From the NCBI RefSeq assembly GCF_000619845.1, contig NZ_JHUX01000003.1, positions 1,510,064 to 1,542,063 of the forward strand: DNA of 32,000 nt. Reading direction: 5' to 3'. The stretch's first letter is position 1; the number at the start of each line of letters is the position of its first letter. Of the stretch, positions 20,137-26,940 are shown one piece after another. The notes under the pieces are model-generated. The model was not told the origin of the DNA and made no database searches. It saw only the letters and a list, made by a program, of their open reading frames with translations. The DNA is from Alkanindiges illinoisensis DSM 15370 (GTDB lineage: Bacteria; Pseudomonadota; Gammaproteobacteria; Pseudomonadales; Moraxellaceae). The translations under genes and the position numbers were made by a program.

Positions 20137-20348
20137 TGGCTGAGTTTTAATGATTTGTTGGCTGATAAATTGCTTACTAAAGGATTTATTTAAGGAACCA
20201 CGACTAAGCCATTGATTATGTATTTTAAAATTTATAAGAACCTGAAAATATTCAAGCGACAATATATGACTTAACAACTCATGAGAATCATCCATTGCCT
20301 TATTTTTTTGCTAGGATGCTTTTAAAATAAAATGGAACAAACCCAACC

Positions 20349-20966
20349 ATGAATCCCGTACAGCACGCGCAAATTTCACAACGGCGGCGCGGTGGCGAAC
20401 TAGAAGACTATATTGATATTCATGCCTTGATCGACAGCACCAAAATGCTCTGTACCGACAATCGCCACCGGATTTTGCATACCTTTTGGGGCGTGCAGGA
20501 AGTCATCATTCCTATATTTGGCCATCATTTTAATAATAGCGCCGGCAAAACAATTGAGGTTAAAGACCTGTGTGAAAAAGACCATTTGCTGGTGGATTTT
20601 CACCATCGCTTTATTCCAACTTTGGGCGATTTTGTGGCAGCCATGCAGGATATTCCCACGGACGGTTTGGCCAGGCGGCTGGAAAAATTTCACTGTGACG
20701 TGATTAATGACCCCAAATTATCCGCTACCCTGCTCTCGCCCTTATCCGTTACCGGGCAATTAAAATCACTGCTGATCACCCACAATAGCTGGTTTATCAA
20801 TACCATTTTACCGCTGATGGGCAAAAGTAACGCCAAATTTATTGAGTTTGATATCACACCTGCCATGTTTTTTAATCCGATGCGCTTTGAGCTGTGGATG
20901 GATAATGGCATGGTAGTGCCGCCTAGCGCGCTGAAATTGCGGGATTTAAAAAGTAAGATTGCTTAG
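20349..20966 (+). CDS. Hypothetical protein, 205 aa, His/Arg-rich N-terminal half
   Basis: Long ORF with normal-looking codon usage and no TM or signal sequence. N-terminal pattern is QHAQIS..GGELEDYIDIH..ID.TK....DNRHRILH...G. No family could be confirmed. Confidence 0.6.
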   Translation: MNPVQHAQISQRRRGGELEDYIDIHALIDSTKMLCTDNRHRILHTFWGVQEVIIPIFGHHFNNSAGKTIEVKDLCEKDHLLVDFHHRFIPTLGDFVAAMQDIPTDGLARRLEKFHCDVINDPKLSATLLSPLSVTGQLKSLLITHNSWFINTILPLMGKSNAKFIEFDITPAMFFNPMRFELWMDNGMVVPPSALKLRDLKSKIA

Positions 20967-21044
20967 GAACTAACTTTCAAACCGCTTCATCTAAAATTTT
21001 TAGGCCATAACACTCAAGTCAATTAAATAAAGGACATCCAAACC

Positions 21045-21767
21045 ATGAGCAACCTTAAATACGTCATCCGCCATAATGAATTTGCCTACAACGATGAATG
21101 GTTTTTAACTAATGATGTCACTGCCGGGCAAATTGCTGCAGTTTATACTGATAAAGCCGAAGCGGAACAGGCTTATAAGACCCTGATTGTTGACGCCTTA
21201 TATAATGAATATGAGTTAAGCCAGTACGATATTGGCAATGGTGAGGCAGACGATGAAACCTATGAAAAAATTGAAGCCTTTATTTTAGAAAAAACTGGCA
21301 AACCCTTTGATAATGAAACACTGCCAGAAATGAATGAAGACGATGCCTTTGAACTTGCCAAATTGTCTGGCATTTTATGTTATCAACTGATCGAATTTGA
21401 TGACAGCAAGCCGCATTATGCGATTTGGTTAAATGAAGAAGAATCCTATATGGATCATTATGATACTGGTTCAGTATTGTTTGATCATGATCCCGATTTT
21501 ATTGAAGGTAGCGATTGCGACTGGTACTTTTTAAGTAGAATGGATCAAACCCTGCAAGGTAACTTGGCTGATCTGAGTGATAGTCCTGAAATTTTGCAGG
21601 TCTTTTTGCAAAACGCTCAAGGCATCAGCTTTGATACACAACAGCGGTGTTTAACAATCAGCGGTAATCGCTCGAACTACCAGACCATCAAGGCACTGAA
21701 TGCCTTGCTTAAACAGCCTTTATTTGAAATACATAGCCTAACCCTTGAGCAGATTCAGGAAATGTAA
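21045..21767 (+). CDS. Hypothetical, strongly acidic cytoplasmic protein, 240 aa
   Basis: By my count, 47 Asp/Glu against 14 Lys/Arg. No TM or signal sequence. Lies 78 nt after the previous ORF with no intervening terminator. AAGGA is upstream of the start. Confidence 0.6.
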   Translation: MSNLKYVIRHNEFAYNDEWFLTNDVTAGQIAAVYTDKAEAEQAYKTLIVDALYNEYELSQYDIGNGEADDETYEKIEAFILEKTGKPFDNETLPEMNEDDAFELAKLSGILCYQLIEFDDSKPHYAIWLNEEESYMDHYDTGSVLFDHDPDFIEGSDCDWYFLSRMDQTLQGNLADLSDSPEILQVFLQNAQGISFDTQQRCLTISGNRSNYQTIKALNALLKQPLFEIHSLTLEQIQEM

Positions 21768-21785
21768 AAACTTTTTCATTCAAAT

Positions 21786-21825
21786 AAAAAAGCTGCTAAA
21801 CAGTCCATATTGGCAGCTTTTTTAT
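21786..21825. terminator. Bidirectional intrinsic terminator between the acidic-protein gene and gltS
   Basis: AGCTGCTAA / TTGGCAGCT stem (one G-U pair), flanked by A5 and T6 runs. Confidence 0.85.
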
Positions 21826-21839
21826 TTTTAGCGTTTAAA

Positions 21840-23063
21840 TTAACCAATAAACTTGATAAACACCTGAATCACGCCCGCATTAATCAAGTCAATAAAGAAC
21901 GCACCGACCATAGGCACAATCAAAAAAGCCTTATGCGATGGGCCGTATTTGTTGGTAATGGCCTGCATATTGGCAACGGCAGTTGGTGTTGCGCCCATGC
22001 CAAAACCACAATGTCCCGCCGCCAGTACTGCCGCATCATAATCACGGCCCATGCCATAAAACGTTACGAAGTAGGCATATAAGGCCATCACCACGGTTTG
22101 CGCTGCCAGAATCACCATCAGGGGTGCAGCCAGGCCTGCCAGTTCCCACAGCTTTAACGACAGCAAGGCCATGGCTAAAAACAGCGACAGCGAAGCACTG
22201 CCAAACACATCAATGGCCCGGTCAAACATGTCTACACGAAAAATATATTCCAGCGCATTGCGGATAATCACGCCGCCACCTAATGCCCAGACAAAAGTGG
22301 GTAGCTCAAAGACTGTCCCCTTGGCAATAATCGTCATATAGTCGGCAAACGCTAAACAGGCGGCAAATAGCGCCAATGTTTCAACTGCGCTGGTGGCAGT
22401 GATCAGGCGCTCCTTTTGCGGTTGCTCAAAATTCAGTACATCACTGTTTTCAGTTACAGGTAAATTGTTATTGGCCTGTGGTGCAGGCAAATGCAGATGA
22501 TGACGCGCAATCAGCGAACGAGCAAGCGGCCCGCCAATCAGACCACCAATGACCAGCCCAAACGTGGCACAGGCAATTCCTAGCGTGACTGCACCCTGTA
22601 TACCGTATTTTTGTTCCAGCACTTGCCCCCACGCACCTGCCGTGCCGTGACCACCCACCAGTGTGATGGAACCGGCAATTAGACCAATTAGCGGATCAAG
22701 CCCCAGCGCCGTTGCCAGACCAATCCCCACCACATCCTGCACTAAAATAAACACGGCAATAATGGCCAGAAAAACCACCAGACCCTTGCCACCAGCTTTT
22801 AACTTGGCAAAGTTGGCGCTCAAGCCAATGGAAGCAAAGAAAATCAGCATGAATGCGGTTTGCAGGTCTTTATGAAAATTAAACTGGTAACCAGTGAGCG
22901 CATGAATCGCAAACAGGATAATGGCAGCTACCAGACCGCCAGCCACGGGTTCGGGGATATTAAAATCCTGCAAAAAGCGGATTTTTTTCACCAGATATTG
23001 GCCAATTAATAAAATAATTACGGCGCTAATCAAGGTGTAATAGGCGTTTAAAGTAAAGTCCAT
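21840..23063 (-). CDS. gltS: Sodium/glutamate symporter
   Basis: MDFTLNAYYTLISAVIILLIGQYLVKKIRFLQDFNIPEPVAGGL is the characteristic GltS N-terminus. 407-aa polytopic protein. Confidence 0.88.
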   Translation of the reverse strand: MDFTLNAYYTLISAVIILLIGQYLVKKIRFLQDFNIPEPVAGGLVAAIILFAIHALTGYQFNFHKDLQTAFMLIFFASIGLSANFAKLKAGGKGLVVFLAIIAVFILVQDVVGIGLATALGLDPLIGLIAGSITLVGGHGTAGAWGQVLEQKYGIQGAVTLGIACATFGLVIGGLIGGPLARSLIARHHLHLPAPQANNNLPVTENSDVLNFEQPQKERLITATSAVETLALFAACLAFADYMTIIAKGTVFELPTFVWALGGGVIIRNALEYIFRVDMFDRAIDVFGSASLSLFLAMALLSLKLWELAGLAAPLMVILAAQTVVMALYAYFVTFYGMGRDYDAAVLAAGHCGFGMGATPTAVANMQAITNKYGPSHKAFLIVPMVGAFFIDLINAGVIQVFIKFIG

Positions 23064-23125
23064 TTTATCGTTCCGTTAAATTCCAGTTGATGTTCCCTGA
23101 CATATCTTCAGCGGGTACAATAATG

Positions 23126-24370
23126 CTAGGCGCCTGTGGGCGGGACTGGCGGCATGGCCCGACGCTCACGCCAGCGCAACACATACACGGCTGTCAGGCC
23201 TGCGCCAATTAATACCACCATGACAATGCTCATCGACAGTGATAAGGCATAGGGCAGCATATACAGCGCCAAGCCTGCCAATAGGCCAAAGCCAAACTGC
23301 AAGGCGCCCATCAGGGCGCTGGCCATACCCGCGCGCTGACCCTGCTCAGCCAGTGCAATAGCAGTGGCATTAGCGCCGGTTAAGCCAACACCAGACACTA
23401 CAAAAAATAAGCCAAACATGCTGGTGGTGAGTGTGCTATGACCAGATAGCGCCAAGCACAACAGGAAAATCGCCCCGAAACTTTGCATGCTGGCACCAAT
23501 GTGCAACAGGCGTAATACGCCCAGCCGCTTGACTAACCGGGCATTGAGTTGCGATAGCACAATCAGGCCAAAGGCATTAAAACCAAAGATCCAGGCAAAG
23601 TTCTGGGCTGATACCCCAAAGTGATCAATAAATAATTCTGAGGATGCGCTGATATAGGCAAACATGGCAGCACCGAGCAGGCCACCTGCCAGTGCGGGCG
23701 TGCGAAAACGATGGTCTTTTAGCAGCTCGGCATAAGTGCTTAATACCTGCCCGACAGTCAGCTTGCGCCGTGATTCAACAGGCAGGGTTTCATCAAAATA
23801 AAAATGAATGAGTAGCAAACAGGCCAGCCCACAGAGCAACAGCATGGCAAAAATTCCATGCCATCCTGTCCAGATGAGTAAGGCACTGCCCAGCATCGGT
23901 GCCAGAATGGGTGCAGCGCCCATCACCAGCATCAGCATGGAATAGGCCTGTGCCGACTCTGCCATGCTCAGGCGATCACGAATGGCAGCCCGTGCCATCA
24001 CCACCCCCACACAGCCACCCAGCGCCTGAAAAAAACGTGCAATCAGCAGCACATCAATACTACTGGCCACGATACAAACCAGACTCGCCAATGCAAACAG
24101 GCTCAAGCCAAAATATAAGGGAATCTTGCGGCCAATGCGGTCACTCACCGGGCCATAAATCAACTGACCCAGTGCCAGTCCAAAAAAATAAGCCGGTAAG
24201 CTGTTGGCTACCTGTGCCGTTTCCACTGACAAATCTTTGGCCATTGCCGGCAATGCCGGTAAATACATATCAATGGACAGCGGCCCCAGTGCCGTAAGCA
24301 AGCCCAGAATCACAATCCAGCGTATGGAATAAGGACGTGTGGTAGAAGGCTGATTGAGCATAGTGGGCAT
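23126..24370 (-). CDS. MFS drug/metabolite efflux transporter, Bcr/CflA family
   Basis: The LGPLSIDMYLPALPAMAKDL motif is typical of Bcr/CflA. 12-TM pattern. The start is ambiguous: ATG at 24370 or 24361, and the ORF-track 24418 is an unlikely extension. No terminator precedes gltS. Confidence 0.8.
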   Translation of the reverse strand: MPTMLNQPSTTRPYSIRWIVILGLLTALGPLSIDMYLPALPAMAKDLSVETAQVANSLPAYFFGLALGQLIYGPVSDRIGRKIPLYFGLSLFALASLVCIVASSIDVLLIARFFQALGGCVGVVMARAAIRDRLSMAESAQAYSMLMLVMGAAPILAPMLGSALLIWTGWHGIFAMLLLCGLACLLLIHFYFDETLPVESRRKLTVGQVLSTYAELLKDHRFRTPALAGGLLGAAMFAYISASSELFIDHFGVSAQNFAWIFGFNAFGLIVLSQLNARLVKRLGVLRLLHIGASMQSFGAIFLLCLALSGHSTLTTSMFGLFFVVSGVGLTGANATAIALAEQGQRAGMASALMGALQFGFGLLAGLALYMLPYALSLSMSIVMVVLIGAGLTAVYVLRWRERRAMPPVPPTGA

Positions 24371-24482
24371 ACATCTAAAATAGTGATGGAAGCACCCTAT
24401 TTTAATGGGACGAATCAATAATTAAGCTTCATTCTTGTTAATAGCGTTGTGTTATTGATCAAATTACGACTAAAGTTGCAGC

Positions 24483-24526
24483 ACAACACGGATAAAATTT
24501 CAGCATTTTACTCTGATCCGTGTTGT
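24483..24526. repeat. 11-bp perfect inverted repeat with 22-nt loop, no U-tract
   Basis: ACAACACGGAT (24483-24493) / ATCCGTGTTGT (24516-24526). A related CGTTGTGTT lies at about 24446. Confidence 0.65.
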
Positions 24527-24564
24527 AAGTTCCCAAGCTTAGGCAAATATAAATCACCTAGCCT

Positions 24565-25278
24565 TCAAATGGCTTGTGCCAGAAAATCCAGGACTTCCAT
24601 CATTAGCCCATTGACGGCCTTACTGTATTGCGGGGTCAACGTCAGGATTTGGGCCGTATCCTGAATATAACGCTGATCTTTTGTGAGTTCCTCGGCCAGC
24701 TCATCGGCACAGTGCGCCACAATCTGCCCGGCTGTATCTGCTGTGGTTTCCAGATGAAACTGCAAACCAATCACATAATCCTGATACTGAAAAGCCTGAT
24801 GCAGGCAACCTGCACTTTTCGCAAGATGGATGGCCCCGGCTGGCAAATCAAAAGCTTCACCATGCCAGTGAAAGACCGTGGCCTGTGCCGGAAATGCAAA
24901 TGCCTGCTCTGGTAAACTGGGCATGGCCTCAACTGGAAACCAGCCAATTTCCTTCACTGTATTGCGATAAACCGTTGCACCAAGGCTATAGGCAATTAAT
25001 TGCGCCCCCAGACAAATGCCCAGTACTGGCTTGCGGGCAGCAATCGCCTGCTGGATAAATATTTTTTCCTGTGCCAGCCACGGATATTCGGTCTGGTCAT
25101 TCACGCTCATTGGCCCGCCCAGCACAATCAGCAGGTCGAATACTTCAATAGCAGGCAAGGTATGTTCATTAGCGGAAAAAAATCGGGTAAAACTTAAAGT
25201 GGCCTGTCTGGACTGAATCCATTCTTCAATACAGCCCAGCCCCTCAAATGCCACATGCTGCAAAACGTGAACACGCAT
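24565..25278 (-). CDS. Class-I (type 1) glutamine amidotransferase domain protein
   Basis: Nucleophile elbow GICLGAQLIA. His/Glu pair in LQFHLE. 237-aa stand-alone GATase1. GGAGGGG SD present. Confidence 0.8.
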   Translation of the reverse strand: MRVHVLQHVAFEGLGCIEEWIQSRQATLSFTRFFSANEHTLPAIEVFDLLIVLGGPMSVNDQTEYPWLAQEKIFIQQAIAARKPVLGICLGAQLIAYSLGATVYRNTVKEIGWFPVEAMPSLPEQAFAFPAQATVFHWHGEAFDLPAGAIHLAKSAGCLHQAFQYQDYVIGLQFHLETTADTAGQIVAHCADELAEELTKDQRYIQDTAQILTLTPQYSKAVNGLMMEVLDFLAQAI

Positions 25279-25426
25279 TCCTACCCCTCCATAATAAAGA
25301 TAACTGCAAGCACGCAGTTATCAGTGAATACCCAGTGTTATTATTGCTCAGGGCTTGGGCTGGGCAGGCTGTTCAGTAAAAACAGTTACTTATGTACATC
25401 AAGGGCTTCATCAGCATTGCTTTTGA

Positions 25427-25888
25427 TTAACTGGGCCTGTTTTTGGCCGATAATCCAAAGCTATCTGTATTATTGGTAATATGTGCATGCATTTCAAAAG
25501 TTTGCTCGCGTTGCATCAGCCGTTGACCAAACCACAGCACTCCCGCCCAGATCACCCCATATGCAAAGAATGTCACCAGCCAGAATACCGTATGCTCCAG
25601 TGGACTTAACCATGCCATCTGGATGCAATATGCCAGCACCGCCAGACTCATGACACCACACACTACGCCAAGCGATGTATGATAAAATTTTAACACCACG
25701 CTGCTCAGCAGTACTGCATGTGCCAGTGCAGCCACCAATACCAGTCCGTATACCATGAGCATGTCCGGTTCCAGCTTATAAAACTGGTGAATGGCTGGTT
25801 GCAATGCCACTTTATATATAAACAGGCTCAAGCCTGCCAATGGAACAACAGCAACCATCCTCACCATGCGAATGAATTGATTCATCAT
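25427..25888 (-). CDS. Hypothetical inner-membrane protein (about 4 TM helices)
   Basis: Hydrophobic 153-aa ORF. GGGGAG lies 5-6 nt upstream of the ATG. No family recognised. Confidence 0.55.
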   Translation of the reverse strand: MMNQFIRMVRMVAVVPLAGLSLFIYKVALQPAIHQFYKLEPDMLMVYGLVLVAALAHAVLLSSVVLKFYHTSLGVVCGVMSLAVLAYCIQMAWLSPLEHTVFWLVTFFAYGVIWAGVLWFGQRLMQREQTFEMHAHITNNTDSFGLSAKNRPS

Positions 25889-26148
25889 ATTTACTCCCCT
25901 GACCCATCCCTGATGCCACCAAAAGTCTTGTTTTTACCGACTGGCTTTTGTGAGTGGCACAATTTTCATTTTCATCCTGATAGATTATTTAATAGCACTT
26001 TCTGGTCAGTTTTAAAACTGTTTTCAACCTTGTTTTTTGCGGGAAACTCCGTTTTTTATACTTTGAATTCCTGTGACTGCCGACTTTAGATCAAACCACT
26101 TTTGGGCTACTATAGCTATATTCTGCAAAACAAAGATTTTTATTGATT

Positions 26149-26700
26149 ATGTCCAAAAGCCTCTATCCCTATACGCTACAGCCGGTTCCGTTTGAGCTGT
26201 CTGAAGCTGAACAGCGCAGTGCCCAACTGGCGATCTGGCGTCGTACCAATACCATTAGCCAAAAAACCTGGATCATTCTAGGAGTTATTGTCGCGCTGGC
26301 CATTGTTGGACTGGTTTTTGTGAAGAATTACTCAACCATTCTTTTCTGGCTGATGCTGGTCGGTGTGGTGCTGTATCTACTCATTCGGCGCTTTGGCCTG
26401 GAATGGTATGTCAAGCGCAAACTAAGTGAAGAACTGGTTGAAGACATTAAAGGCATTAAAATGGGCGTGCAGCCACAGGGCCTCACCATGATCCAGCGCA
26501 TGGGTGCACAGGAAGGTCGTGGCATGATTAGCTGGAAAGATGTCACTGAATGGCAGGATCATCCGGACTTTTTATTTTTAACGTTTAAGGTCAAAGGCCA
26601 GCAGGGTGCACATGTCTTACCCAAGCGCATGAATTCACAAAATTTCTCATTTGACACCATTCGCAAGCATTTAACCGAAACTGTTGGCCCGGCCAAGTAA
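26149..26700 (+). CDS. Hypothetical membrane protein with YcxB-like architecture (two central TM helices)
   Basis: 183 aa. TM pair WIILGVIVALAIVGLVF / ILFWLMLVGVVLYLLI followed by a soluble C-terminal domain. ATG 26149 is preferred to the TTG at 26143. Confidence 0.5.
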   Translation: MSKSLYPYTLQPVPFELSEAEQRSAQLAIWRRTNTISQKTWIILGVIVALAIVGLVFVKNYSTILFWLMLVGVVLYLLIRRFGLEWYVKRKLSEELVEDIKGIKMGVQPQGLTMIQRMGAQEGRGMISWKDVTEWQDHPDFLFLTFKVKGQQGAHVLPKRMNSQNFSFDTIRKHLTETVGPAK

Positions 26701-26751
26701 GCCTTAATCCGGCTTATATTTGGTTTGTTATAACTTGTTGTTGCTGCACTT

Positions 26752-26779
26752 AAGCCGACTTCTATGTCGGCTTTTGTTT
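26752..26779 (+). terminator. Intrinsic terminator after the YcxB-like gene
   Basis: AAGCCGAC / GTCGGCTT with a 6-nt loop, followed by TTTTGTTT. Confidence 0.8.
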
Positions 26780-26840
26780 ACGGATTTTCCAAAGATTTTA
26801 AACTCTTACACCGGTACTTAATATTTTTTAAAAAATAAAT

Positions 26841-26859
26841 GAAAACTTTAATCATTCTC
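26841..26859. promoter_or_regulatory. Fur-box-like sequence next to a TATAAT -10 element
   Basis: GAAAACTTTAATCATTCTC matches GATAATGATAATCATTATC at 14 of 19 positions by my alignment. TATAAT is at 26884-26889, and the gene start is at 26941. Confidence 0.35.
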
Positions 26860-26940
26860 AGTTAAATTTTTCACTGACTCCGCTATAATTTGCCTAATTT
26901 TTAGGTTGCTGAATTCGTCGATGATTAGGTTTAAAAAGTT

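Noticed and set aside
20281-20325. 14-codon hydrophobic mini-ORF (MRIIHCLIFLLGCF) upstream of the orphan cassette, considered as a possible leader peptide.
   Set aside because: It has no SD and sits in AT-rich DNA where such ORFs arise by chance. There is no associated alternative-hairpin structure.
23899-24297. 132-aa plus-strand ORF.
   Set aside because: It is antisense to the MFS transporter and gives a proline/serine-rich, nonsense-like translation.
25300-25321. 8-bp perfect hairpin ATAACTGC/GCAGTTAT, 22 nt upstream of the amidotransferase start codon.
   Set aside because: It is a short, isolated element that could be a weak terminator of the upstream membrane gene or simply chance. There is nothing further to support a regulatory call.
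25718-26089. 123-aa plus-strand ORF spanning the membrane-protein gene start and the adjacent spacer.
   Set aside because: Its first half is antisense to a plausible membrane CDS. It has no SD, and its low-complexity Phe/Leu-rich tail comes from AT-rich intergenic DNA.
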